This document shows positions 9,129 to 18,368 of a stretch of 64,000 nt of DNA, in pieces. A program made the translations under genes and the position numbers. The notes beneath the pieces were generated by a model that did no database searches, had not been told where the DNA came from, and saw only the letters and a list, made by a program, of their open reading frames with translations. The stretch comes from Candidatus Marinacidobacterium sp. (lineage in GTDB: Bacteria > Acidobacteriota > Vicinamibacteria > Marinacidobacterales > Marinacidobacteraceae). The stretch spans positions 480,001-544,000 of the forward strand of contig OZ242011.1 in assembly GCA_965204755.1 (NCBI GenBank). Reading direction: 5' to 3'. The stretch's first letter is position 1. The number at the start of each line of letters is the position of its first letter.

Positions 9129-10364
9129 ATGCTCCGTCGTTTCGCCGTCCGCGGCTTCAAGTCGCTCCGCGACATCGACATCGAGATGCCCCGGTTCTCG
9201 GTGTTCCTCGGTCCGAACGCCGCGGGAAAGAGCAACCTGCTCGACGCGATCCAGGCGTTCTCCCGCATCGGTTCTTCCCGCACGCTCGGCGAGGCGATGA
9301 ACGGCGACCTGCGCGGCTTCCCGATCGAGGCGTTCTCCTTCCCCGCCGGCGGCTTCGAGGAACTCCTCTCCTCACCGACGGCGCACTTCGACTTCGAGGC
9401 CGAGTTGACGACGGGAAAGCGCCGGGGTCAGCGATACCGCTACGGCGTCTCCGTCGAGATCAACTGCCGGTCAGGAGCCCTCAGCGCCCGGCGGGAGAGT
9501 CTCGTTCCGCTCACGGCCGGCGGCTCGCCGAAGCGCAGTCCTGTCATCGAGACGGCGGACGACGCAGTCGTTGTCCGCCAGCGCGGTCGCGGCCACCCGC
9601 GAAAGGAGCCCTTGGATCGTCCCTTCGCGGCGCTGTCCGACCCCCGCTTCACCGATCCCGACCACGAACCGGTGCGGAGCGTCCGGGACGAACTCGTCGG
9701 TTGGCGGACCTACCACCTCGACCCCCGGGTGCCGATGCGAAGCGGCTGGCCGCCCCTCGATGTCCGCGATATCGGCGTATACGGCCAACACCTGGCGCCG
9801 TACCTGTATCGCCTTCGCCACGAACACCCCAAGCGCTACGCCGCCGTACGGCGCGCCCTGCGAGTCCTGGTTCCCGACATCGAGGAGTTGGAGGTCCGCG
9901 TGAACCACGCTCACGGCAAACTCGAACTGTGGATCCGGCAAGATGGAATCAGTTTTTCTTCCCGCGTCGTCTCCGAGGGGACATTACGAGTCTTGGCCCT
10001 GGCGATCTTGGCCGTGGATCCGTGGGCAGGCTCCCTCGTGGCGTTCGAAGAGCCGGAGGTCGGCGCGCACCCGCGCCGCGTCGAGTTGATCGCCGACTTG
10101 TTGTATTCCCTCGCCCGCGAACGCAAACGCCAGGTCGTCGTCGCAACACATTCACCGCTGTTCTGTGACGCGGTCCTGAGGAAGGCGCGAGAAAACGACC
10201 GGAACATCGGCCTGTTCGCCGTGGGGCGTAAGGAGCGAGCCACCTGCATCCGACGGCTCGATCTCTCCGGCCCCCTCTTCAACGATCCGAGAATCCGGGA
10301 TGCCCTGAGCAGCGACGACGCCGTGTTCGAGTCGCTGTTCGCGCACGGCTTCCTCGACAACTGA
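9129..10364 (+). CDS. ABC-type AAA_21-like ATPase of the kind found in defence and toxin-antitoxin loci
   Basis: GFKSL, Walker A GPNAAGKSN, signature SEGTLR, Walker B FEEPEVGAHP and H-loop VVATHSP. Confidence 0.85.
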   Translation: MLRRFAVRGFKSLRDIDIEMPRFSVFLGPNAAGKSNLLDAIQAFSRIGSSRTLGEAMNGDLRGFPIEAFSFPAGGFEELLSSPTAHFDFEAELTTGKRRGQRYRYGVSVEINCRSGALSARRESLVPLTAGGSPKRSPVIETADDAVVVRQRGRGHPRKEPLDRPFAALSDPRFTDPDHEPVRSVRDELVGWRTYHLDPRVPMRSGWPPLDVRDIGVYGQHLAPYLYRLRHEHPKRYAAVRRALRVLVPDIEELEVRVNHAHGKLELWIRQDGISFSSRVVSEGTLRVLALAILAVDPWAGSLVAFEEPEVGAHPRRVELIADLLYSLARERKRQVVVATHSPLFCDAVLRKARENDRNIGLFAVGRKERATCIRRLDLSGPLFNDPRIRDALSSDDAVFESLFAHGFLDN

Positions 10365-10462
10365 GCCGTTGGCGCTCGATCCCGCCGCCGGCGCCCGAAC
10401 CCTCGACTTGCTCTCACGCGCCGCCCACCTCCCCGGGATTCCCGGCCGACCCCGGTAGTCGA

Positions 10463-11437
10463 ATGCCGAACGGTCCGGCCGCGCATCCGCCCGCCGACGG
10501 CGAAGCCCGAAGCGCGGGTCTTCCGGCCTCCCCCGGCGGCCGGCTCCCGTTCCGGGGCGAACCCCGGCCCCGCGCCGCCGCGCCCTTCCTCATCCTGAAC
10601 GCGAAGTCGCGGCCCGCGCTTCCGTCGCTCTCGAAGCCGCTGATGCTCTGCGGGGACGCCTACGAGGCGTTGGACCTCCTGCCGGCGGAGTCCGTCTCCA
10701 CCGTGGTCACTTCCCCGCCCTACTGGTCGCTCCGGGACTACGGGGTCGAAGAGCAGACCGGCGCCGTCGAGCCGCTCGACTCGTACATCCGGGCAGTGAC
10801 GCGCGTGTTCCGGAAACTCCGCCGCGTCCTCCGGGACGACGGTTCCGTCTGGCTGAATGTCGGCGATGTCTATACCTCCGGGAACCGTACGACCCGGGCG
10901 CCGGACCGGAAGAACCGGGTGCGCCGCATGAACTTCCGCCCGCGGACGCCTACCGGTCTGAAGCCCAAGGACCTGATCGGCATTCCATGGCGGCTGGCGT
11001 TCGCGCTCCAGGCCGACGGATGGTGGCTGCGGTCCGAAGTGATCTGGACGAAACCGAATGCGCACCCGGAGTCCGTTCGGGATCGTCCGACGAAGTCCCA
11101 CGAGACGGTTTTCCTGCTTACGAAGCAGCAGGACTACCACTACGACCTGGAGGCCGTGCGCGGCCCCAACGGCCGGCGTCTCCGCACCACTTGGGAAATC
11201 CCCACGGATCCCCAGCGCGCAAACGGCCCGGGCGCCGCGCACCCGGCCGTGATGCCGCTCGCCCTCGCCCGCCGCTGCATTGCCATCACCTGCCCCGCGG
11301 GCGGCGTCGTCCTCGACCCCTACGCCGGCTCGGGAACCACCCTGCTCGCGGCCCGGCAGTTGGGCCGCTGCTGGGTCGGCATCGAGTTGAACCCGGACTA
11401 TGTGCAGTTGATTTCCCGGCGTCTCTCCTCGTCGTGA
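10463..11437 (+). CDS. N4-cytosine DNA methyltransferase, beta class, M.SmaI/M.Cfr9I-like
   Basis: Catalytic TSPPY precedes the SAM motif DPYAGSGTT. The segments GD.YTSGNR..RAPD.KN..R.M..RP.TP.GLKPKDLIGIPWRLAFALQ.DGW and KPNA.PESV.DRPT.SHE match my recollection of the M.SmaI/Cfr9I family. The true start may lie downstream (ATG about 10642). Confidence 0.9.
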   Translation: MPNGPAAHPPADGEARSAGLPASPGGRLPFRGEPRPRAAAPFLILNAKSRPALPSLSKPLMLCGDAYEALDLLPAESVSTVVTSPPYWSLRDYGVEEQTGAVEPLDSYIRAVTRVFRKLRRVLRDDGSVWLNVGDVYTSGNRTTRAPDRKNRVRRMNFRPRTPTGLKPKDLIGIPWRLAFALQADGWWLRSEVIWTKPNAHPESVRDRPTKSHETVFLLTKQQDYHYDLEAVRGPNGRRLRTTWEIPTDPQRANGPGAAHPAVMPLALARRCIAITCPAGGVVLDPYAGSGTTLLAARQLGRCWVGIELNPDYVQLISRRLSSS

Positions 11438-12183
11438 CCCATCGCGAACTCAAGAACGCCATCGATCGGCTCTCGCCGACCGCCGTCCGCTTCGTCGCCC
11501 GAGTCGTCGACTCGCTGACCGACCCGCCGCGCGCCGATGTCTTCTCCGAGGGCACCTGGATCACCGGCTCCGCCGAGTGGATGGAGTACTTCACCCTGGC
11601 TCTCTCCGTCCATCACTCCGCCACGACCGAGCCGCTGGGCCTGCGGGGCTTCGAATCGGTGTTTCGCAGCGCGTGCGAACACGCCGGCTGGACCGTGGAC
11701 GAACCGGGCTCCCCGACGAGGCGCTTCCTCGACCTCGAGGTTCGACGCGGGAGCGAACTTCGCCGGCTCTCGCTCAAGACCACCGCCGCGCGGAAACTCT
11801 CGGAAACGACGCTCCACATCTCGAAGTTGACTGAAGCGGCGTGGATTCAGGACACGCGCAAGCCGCGAGACCGGAAAGATCGCATCCTCCGGTTGTTTCG
11901 GGAGTACGCCGACGGCGTGGACTCCATCGTCATGCTGCGCGCCTTTCGCCGGGAGCCGCAGGTGACGCCGCATCGTTACCAACTGGTCGAGGTCCCCACC
12001 GCGCTCTTCGACTCGATCCAGGACCTGCCGGTAGAGGCCTTCGAGAGCGACGCCCCCGTCCTGCCCTGTATGCGGGACGGCGAAGTCGCCGCCTCCATCG
12101 CCGTGGACCGCTCCGACGCCAAGATCACCGTGCGGAATGTCCGCGTGGCATCCTGCATTCGCCATGCGGAATGGTTCTCCTGA
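11434..12183 (+). CDS. Type II restriction endonuclease, SmaI-like (249 aa)
   Basis: GTGA overlap with the methyltransferase. The pattern HH..T.PL...FE..F, D, LKT.AA...S...HISK..E, YQLVE.P and C..H..W resembles R.SmaI (recalled from memory, not searched). Confidence 0.72.
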   Translation: MTHRELKNAIDRLSPTAVRFVARVVDSLTDPPRADVFSEGTWITGSAEWMEYFTLALSVHHSATTEPLGLRGFESVFRSACEHAGWTVDEPGSPTRRFLDLEVRRGSELRRLSLKTTAARKLSETTLHISKLTEAAWIQDTRKPRDRKDRILRLFREYADGVDSIVMLRAFRREPQVTPHRYQLVEVPTALFDSIQDLPVEAFESDAPVLPCMRDGEVAASIAVDRSDAKITVRNVRVASCIRHAEWFS

Positions 12184-12282
12184 ATCGCGGCGGCACCTGA
12201 GCGGAGGCCGGGACAGGCGGGCATAACCTTGAATGGCGGAAGACCATGTTCAAGGATCGTTCGCTATCATTGATCTGCGGCC

Positions 12283-13545
12283 ATGGCTCGGTTGGAAGAA
12301 CGGCGCTGGGAGGGGGATACCTCCGGTTCGACTCGGCGAGACCGGCGGCCCGGGCGCTACTCGGTCTATCTGCCGGACCCGCTGGTCGGGCGGAGGTTCG
12401 TACTCGACGGCGCGGTCGCAGCCGATGTCGCGCGGGCCGAGGTGGCCCTGGCGCGGTTCGAGGAGAGAGGAGCGGTCATCGCCGGGGGTGAAGGGATCGC
12501 GCGGCTCCTGCGCCGCGCCGAAGCGATGGCCTCGTCCCGGATCGAGGGGCTGGTCATCGGCGGACGGCGACTGCTGCGGATGGCCGCCGCGCGGCGACTC
12601 GGGGACTCGCCGTGGGATCCGACCGCGAACGAAGTGCTGGGAAACATCGAAGCGATGGAATGGGGGATCGCGGCCGTCACGCCGGGAGGAGAAATTCGCG
12701 GCGAAGCCGTGCTGGAAGCGCATCGCCGTCTGGTCGCCGGAACCGGGATCGAAGAGCATGGAGGCGCCCTCCGCCGGGTGCAGAACTGGATCGGCGGGAG
12801 TTTCCACAGCCCCTGCTTCGCCGACTTCGTCCCGCCCCCGCCGGAGGCCGTTCCGGCGCTGCTCGAGGACCTGTGGGCGTTCTGCAACGAGGACACGCTG
12901 CCGGCGCTCGCGCAGGCGGCGGTCGCGCACGCCCGGTTCGAGACGATCCATCCGTTCGTGGACGGGAACGGGAGAACGGGCCGGGTGCTGATCCACATGG
13001 TCCTGCGGCGGCGCGGATTCGGTCGGCGCGCGCTGGCGCCGGTGTCGGTGATCCTCGCGGCGCTCGTGGACGACTATGTGCGCGGGCTCGTCGGAACGCG
13101 CCAGGTCGGGGCGGCCGATTCCTCGGAGGCGCACGAGGGCTACGACTACTGGATCGAGTTCTTCGCCAACGCGTGCCTCCGCGCCGTCGAGGACGCCCAC
13201 CGTTTCGCGGAGCGCGTCCGGGCGCTGCAGTCGGAATGGAGGGCTCGCGTCGGCCCGGTCCGGCGCGACTCCGCCGCCGCGCGCCTCATCGAAGCGCTCC
13301 CGTCCGCACCCGTGTTGACCACGGCCACCGCCGCTACGCTCGTCGAGCGTTCGTTCCAAGCCACGACCCTGGCGATGAACCGCTTGGTGGACGCGGGCGT
13401 CCTCGTCCGGGTGAATGTGGGCCGCCGCAACCGCGCCTTCGAGGCGCCGGAGTTGATCGACGCCTTCAACGCGCTGGAGCGGCGCCTCGCCGCCCCCGTC
13501 GCGGACACGCGCCTCTCGGCGCCCACCGGCCGCGTTCCGGAATAG
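12283..13545 (+). CDS. Fic-domain protein (AMPylase), class II-like, with C-terminal winged helix
   Basis: Canonical HPFVDGNGRTGR motif, N-terminal inhibitory motif SSRIEG, and RRVQNWIGG. Confidence 0.92.
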   Translation: MARLEERRWEGDTSGSTRRDRRPGRYSVYLPDPLVGRRFVLDGAVAADVARAEVALARFEERGAVIAGGEGIARLLRRAEAMASSRIEGLVIGGRRLLRMAAARRLGDSPWDPTANEVLGNIEAMEWGIAAVTPGGEIRGEAVLEAHRRLVAGTGIEEHGGALRRVQNWIGGSFHSPCFADFVPPPPEAVPALLEDLWAFCNEDTLPALAQAAVAHARFETIHPFVDGNGRTGRVLIHMVLRRRGFGRRALAPVSVILAALVDDYVRGLVGTRQVGAADSSEAHEGYDYWIEFFANACLRAVEDAHRFAERVRALQSEWRARVGPVRRDSAAARLIEALPSAPVLTTATAATLVERSFQATTLAMNRLVDAGVLVRVNVGRRNRAFEAPELIDAFNALERRLAAPVADTRLSAPTGRVPE

Positions 13546-13587
13546 GCGGCGCCGGTCGCCGGGGGCGCGGGTGGCGCGGTCGACGCG

Positions 13588-15075
13588 TTACGGCTGCTTC
13601 TTCGCGCGCTGCGCGACCGGCAGTTCCACGGTGATGTCCCGCCCGAACCGAACACCGGCGACTTCGCAAGCCCAGCGGATCAGCTCCACCTTTCTGGGAC
13701 TTCCCATGTGCGTTCCGAGGAAGTAACCGCCCGGCAGTTCGCGGGCCGCCGACTTCGCCAGATGCGGGTGTCGCGGAAACAATTCCTCCCGACTGCGAGC
13801 GACATAGACGAGTTTCCTGCCTCTATGCCGCACTCCGAACTGCTCGCAGAACTTGGGGTCGTTCTTCGCAAAGACCGTGAAGATGGCCGCCAACAGGTCA
13901 GCGGAAGTCCGAAAGCGCTGCGTCTTCCCGCGCAGGGTGAAGGAGTAGGAACCCTCATGGACCGGACGCGCCTCGCGCCGAGGCGGAAGCGCGGGAGACG
14001 CGGGAGAAGAGCGGCGCTCCCGAAAACGGACGACGAGATCGCGACCGAACTCGAGTCCGGCGACTTGGCACGCTTTCTCGATGAGACGCCCCTTGTTCGG
14101 CATTCCCGCGTCGATCCACCAGCCGCCGGGCAGCCGAGCATGGGCCTTGCGCCGTCCGGGATCGAGGTCGTCGAGATTCCGCGACACTCGCTTCCCGCCG
14201 GACGGGGCGGCGGCGAACCGTTCCAGAAAGGCAGCGTCCCGCCGCGCGAGATCGGAGAAGACCGCGGCCAGCAACTCGGTATTCGTCCGGAAAGAACGAG
14301 TGGCCCCGTCGAGAGTAAAGGAAGCGCCCCCTTGCGGTGGAGTCGGAGTCGGGGCCGGACGAGGCGCGGGTACCGGTCGCGGTATCGGAGCCGGGGGGCG
14401 TTCCGTCCCGGTGTCTTGCAGGAACGAAACGACGGATTCGGCGGAAGGGGCGATGCCGCATTCGTCGCGGACGCGGGAGCGAACCAACTCGACGAGCGGC
14501 CCGTCGCGGTCTTCCGCGAGACGACTCCAGACGGAGGGGAGCGCTTCCTCGGCCTTTCGTTGGCGCCAGCGGGAATCGAGGTCGGCTTCGGCGCGCTTCC
14601 TGGCCTCGCCGTCCAGGACCGACTCGCGGGAGAGATAGCGGCGCAGGGCCGATGCGTTTCGTTCCGGATCGCCTTCCACCAGGTCCACCGCGGCGAAACG
14701 ACGATCCTCGAAACTCCCTTCGCCGGTGGTCAGGTAGAGCCGCCAACTTCGGCCGTCGGTGAGCGCGATGATCGGGGTCCCCTGGCGGAAGGCGTACGCG
14801 AACAACTGCTCCTCGCCGACCTCGATGTTCCCCACCCGCTTCACTTCCAGCAGCACCGACGGAGTGCGGAACTTGCCGATGAGCGCGTAGTCCACGCGGC
14901 GGCCCTGTATCGAGTACTCCCGGGTCACGACGGTGGTGTCGAAGACCGGCCAGTCGAGGTCGTTCAGCACGCGCATCACGATGCCCTGACTGACCTTCGC
15001 CTCGTCCGGGAACTCGCCCCGGCGGAGACGGTCGCGGATGTCCGCGATGGTCGCGGTCAGGGCTTCGGCGCTCAT
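13588..15075 (-). CDS. HsdR_N-type PD-(D/E)XK endonuclease fused to two tandem SeqA-C-like DNA-binding domains
   Basis: The N-terminus has DEAKV...LDW...REY....RVDYAL...LEVKR...QLFAYA...LTDGRSW. A Pro-rich linker is followed by two related ~105 aa domains (SFTL.G....F.T...LLA..F..;LPGG.;ACxVAG..FGRD). Confidence 0.75.
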   Translation of the reverse strand: MSAEALTATIADIRDRLRRGEFPDEAKVSQGIVMRVLNDLDWPVFDTTVVTREYSIQGRRVDYALIGKFRTPSVLLEVKRVGNIEVGEEQLFAYAFRQGTPIIALTDGRSWRLYLTTGEGSFEDRRFAAVDLVEGDPERNASALRRYLSRESVLDGEARKRAEADLDSRWRQRKAEEALPSVWSRLAEDRDGPLVELVRSRVRDECGIAPSAESVVSFLQDTGTERPPAPIPRPVPAPRPAPTPTPPQGGASFTLDGATRSFRTNTELLAAVFSDLARRDAAFLERFAAAPSGGKRVSRNLDDLDPGRRKAHARLPGGWWIDAGMPNKGRLIEKACQVAGLEFGRDLVVRFRERRSSPASPALPPRREARPVHEGSYSFTLRGKTQRFRTSADLLAAIFTVFAKNDPKFCEQFGVRHRGRKLVYVARSREELFPRHPHLAKSAARELPGGYFLGTHMGSPRKVELIRWACEVAGVRFGRDITVELPVAQRAKKQP

Positions 15076-15121
15076 CGGTAGGTTCCGGCGAAGGGATCGG
15101 GGACGGCTGGCCCGGCGACTA

Positions 15122-18100
15122 CTACTCCTCCTCCGCGACCACGACGGCGGGGACGCCGAGGGACGCTACGCGGGCGTTGAACGGCGCCAAGTGTTCGCCG
15201 AGGGCGGAGGCGAGGTCGGAGTGGATGGCGTCGAGTTCGGGTTTCAGGTCGTCGTATCGTTCGTAGGCGCCGGCGGTGGGTTGGTGGTCGCCCTGGACGA
15301 TGTAGCCGTAGAGGGTGACCAACTGGTTGTCGATCTGCGGCGGGAAGTTGATCGGGTCCTGGCTGGACTTGCTGTTGGTCTGGGTGATCGTTTCCTCGAT
15401 CTCGGTGAGGCGGTCGGTGAGGGCCTTGCTCAGGGTCCCGAGTTCCTCGTCGTCCTTCCCGGCCTTCTTCAGCCGGGCGACGATGTCGCCGGCCTGCGAC
15501 TTCACTTCGCGGACGCGGGTCAGCGCGGCGAAGAGTTTCTCGATCTCGCCGCCCACGGTTTCGCCGAGTTCCGCCTGCTTCGCCAAGTCGTCGGCGGTGG
15601 CGGAGACATTCGGGTGGATCGCCACCTCCAGCATCTCGGTGCGGGTTTCGTCGCCGACGGTCAGGCGGACCTCGTAGGTTCCCGGCAACACCGACCGGCC
15701 CGGAGTGCCGCCCCAGTGCACCACGCCCGCCGGACGCTCGATGCGCTCGCCGCGGAGGTTCCAGCGGAAGGTGTTCGCGCCCTTCGCCGCCGGCAGCCGG
15801 GCCGGGGCGCCGCCGCCGAAGAAGGCGGCGAACGGGGAAACCGGCCCGGACGCCGGCGCCGCGCCGGGCTGGCCGGTGACCTTGCGCACGGTTTCGCCGG
15901 ACGAGTCCACGATCTCCAGGGTGATCGCCGCCTCGGGCTCTTCCTTCAGGTGGTAGTGGATCTCCGCCGCGCCGCCGAAGCCGCCCCGGTAGGCCTTCCT
16001 CGGGGCGTAGAGCACCGACGCCGCCGCCACCGCTTCGTCGGTCAACTGGTGGAGCGGGGTGAGGTCGTCGAGGATCCAGAACGACCGGCCCTGGGTCGAG
16101 ACGACCAGGTCCTGCCGATGCACCTGCAGGTCGGTGACCGGGGTCACCGGGAGGTTGTTCTGGAACCGCTGCCAGTGCGCGCCGTCGTCGAAGGAGAGGT
16201 AGAGGCCGAACTCGGTTCCGGCGTAGAGGAGGCCCTTCCGGTCCGGGTCTTCGCGGATCGCCCGCGTGGGGTGCGTCGGCGGTATCCCGTTCGTCCCGTC
16301 GGTCAGCAACTCCCAGTCCGCGCCGGCGTTGTCGGTGCGGAAGATGTACGGACGGAAGTCGTTCTCCCGGTAGCGGTACACCGCGATGAGGGCGCGCGCC
16401 GGGTCGTGGGCGGAGAGTTCGATCGCGTTCACCGTTCCGCCTTCGGGCATGTCGGCGGGAGTGATCTCCGTCCAGGTCGCGCCCCGGTCGCGGGAGAGAT
16501 GCATCCGGCCGTCGTCGCTCCCGGCCCACAACTCGCCGGCGGTATGCGGCGATTCCTCGAACGAGAACACCGTGTTGTACACCTCGACCCCGGTGTTGTC
16601 GCGGGTGATCGGCCCCCCGGCGTAGTCCTGGTGTTCGGGGTCGTTCGTGGTGAGGTCGGGGCTGACCACCGTCCAACTCTGCCCCTGATCGCCGGACATA
16701 TGCACCACCTGCGAAGCGTGGTAGAGGATGTCCGGGTCGTGCGGCGAGAGGCGGATGGGGGCGTTCCACTGGAACCGGTACTTGAGGTCGCGCGCCGCCT
16801 GTCCGAGTTGCAGTTGGGGGTAGTGGAGGATCTGCCGGTATTCCCCGGTCTTGCGGTTCACCCGGCTGATGCTGCCGCCGTAGCAGCCGGCGTAGATGAT
16901 GTCCGGGTCGCGCGGATCCACCGCGATGTGACCGCTCTCGCAGCCGCCGACCGAATACCAGTCGGGCACTACGCCGAAACCGCCGCGGGACGGCACCGAG
17001 ATCGTGCTGTTGTCCTGCTGCGAGCCGTAGATGCGGTAGGGCCACTGGTCGTCCACGAAGACGCGGTAGATCTCCGCGGTCTCCTGGTTCCGCTGGCCGG
17101 TCCAACTCTTCCCGCCGTCGAAGGAGACATTCGCGCCGCCGTCGTTGGCGTTGATCATGTTCATCGGGTCGTCCGGGTTGATCCACAGGTCGTGGTTGTC
17201 GCCGTGCGGCACCCGGATGCGCTCCGGGAAAGTGCGGCCGCCGTCTATGGACTTGTGGAAGCCCACATTCAGGCCGTACACCGTGTTCTCGTCACGCGGG
17301 TCGGCGAAGATGTGGATGTAGTACCAGGGGCGCTGGCGGAGGTTCGCGTCGCCGTTGATCCGGCTCCAGGTGTCGCCGCCGTCGTCCGACCGGTAGAGCC
17401 CGCCTTCGTCGCCTTCCTTTTCGATGAGCGCCCAGATCCGGTTCGAGTTCGCCGGGGAGATGGCGATCGCGGTCTTGCCGATGAGTCCTTCGGTGGGCAG
17501 GCCGCCTTCGACCCGGCTCCAGTTGTCGCCGCCGTCGGCGCTGCGGTAGATGCCGCCGTCTTCGCTGCCGGAGATCATCGTCCAGGGCTTCCGCTCCGCC
17601 CGCCAGGCGCCGGCGTAGAGGATGCGCGGGTTGTTCGGGTCCATCTGGATGTCCACCACGCCGGTGCGGTCGGAGAGGAAGAACACCTTTTCCCAGGTGG
17701 CGCCGCCGTCCTTCGTGCGGAAGACGCCGCGCTCCTCGTTCGGCCCGAAGATGTGCCCGAGCGCCGCGGCGTACGCCACATCCGGGTCCTCCGGATGCAC
17801 CGCCAGCGAGCCGATCTGCCCGGCCTGGCGCAGGCCGATGTGCGTCCAGGTCTTGCCGGCGTCGGTGGAGCGGTAGATGCCGTCGCCCACCGAGATGTTG
17901 CCGCGGGGACACGCGGAACCGGTGCCCACATAGACCACATTCGGGTCGGAGGGCGCCACCGCGATCGAGCCGACGGCGCCGACTCCGAGGAATCCGTCGG
18001 TGACATTCGTCCAACTGTGGCCGGCGTCGGCGGTCTTGAAGACGCCGCCGCCGGTTCCGCCGAAGTAGTAGGTCAGCGGGTCGCCGGGAACGCCCACCGC

Positions 18101-18286
18101 CGCGGTGGACCTCCCGCCCCGGGTGAACCCGACGGCGCGGAACTCCATTCCCTCGTAGTACTCCGGAGGGACGGTGACATTCGCCTCGTCGAAGCGCTCG
18201 TCGTAGTCGCGGTGACTGCCCTGCGAAAACGCGAGCGGGGCGGCGCCGAGCGCCGCGAGCAGGAGCGGGAGGGTTCGAAAGTGCAT
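15122..18286 (-). CDS. Second secreted BNR/VPS10-like glycosyl-hydrolase-like protein, about 1054 aa
   Basis: Signal peptide, RGGR, multiple Asp boxes, GSQQDN, FQWNAPIRLSPHD and GTEFG. A GGAG RBS precedes ATG 18286. Confidence 0.88.
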   Translation of the reverse strand: MHFRTLPLLLAALGAAPLAFSQGSHRDYDERFDEANVTVPPEYYEGMEFRAVGFTRGGRSTAAVGVPGDPLTYYFGGTGGGVFKTADAGHSWTNVTDGFLGVGAVGSIAVAPSDPNVVYVGTGSACPRGNISVGDGIYRSTDAGKTWTHIGLRQAGQIGSLAVHPEDPDVAYAAALGHIFGPNEERGVFRTKDGGATWEKVFFLSDRTGVVDIQMDPNNPRILYAGAWRAERKPWTMISGSEDGGIYRSADGGDNWSRVEGGLPTEGLIGKTAIAISPANSNRIWALIEKEGDEGGLYRSDDGGDTWSRINGDANLRQRPWYYIHIFADPRDENTVYGLNVGFHKSIDGGRTFPERIRVPHGDNHDLWINPDDPMNMINANDGGANVSFDGGKSWTGQRNQETAEIYRVFVDDQWPYRIYGSQQDNSTISVPSRGGFGVVPDWYSVGGCESGHIAVDPRDPDIIYAGCYGGSISRVNRKTGEYRQILHYPQLQLGQAARDLKYRFQWNAPIRLSPHDPDILYHASQVVHMSGDQGQSWTVVSPDLTTNDPEHQDYAGGPITRDNTGVEVYNTVFSFEESPHTAGELWAGSDDGRMHLSRDRGATWTEITPADMPEGGTVNAIELSAHDPARALIAVYRYRENDFRPYIFRTDNAGADWELLTDGTNGIPPTHPTRAIREDPDRKGLLYAGTEFGLYLSFDDGAHWQRFQNNLPVTPVTDLQVHRQDLVVSTQGRSFWILDDLTPLHQLTDEAVAAASVLYAPRKAYRGGFGGAAEIHYHLKEEPEAAITLEIVDSSGETVRKVTGQPGAAPASGPVSPFAAFFGGGAPARLPAAKGANTFRWNLRGERIERPAGVVHWGGTPGRSVLPGTYEVRLTVGDETRTEMLEVAIHPNVSATADDLAKQAELGETVGGEIEKLFAALTRVREVKSQAGDIVARLKKAGKDDEELGTLSKALTDRLTEIEETITQTNSKSSQDPINFPPQIDNQLVTLYGYIVQGDHQPTAGAYERYDDLKPELDAIHSDLASALGEHLAPFNARVASLGVPAVVVAEEE

Positions 18287-18368
18287 CACGGACTCCATCG
18301 GTGGAAGGAGGAGGAAGAGAGTCGGGGGCGAAACATGATATCCGGCGCGCCGGGCGCCGTGGAACGGG

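Noticed and set aside
9129-15075. Prophage or integrative element
   Set aside because: No integrase, transposase, phage structural genes or flanking direct repeats were seen.
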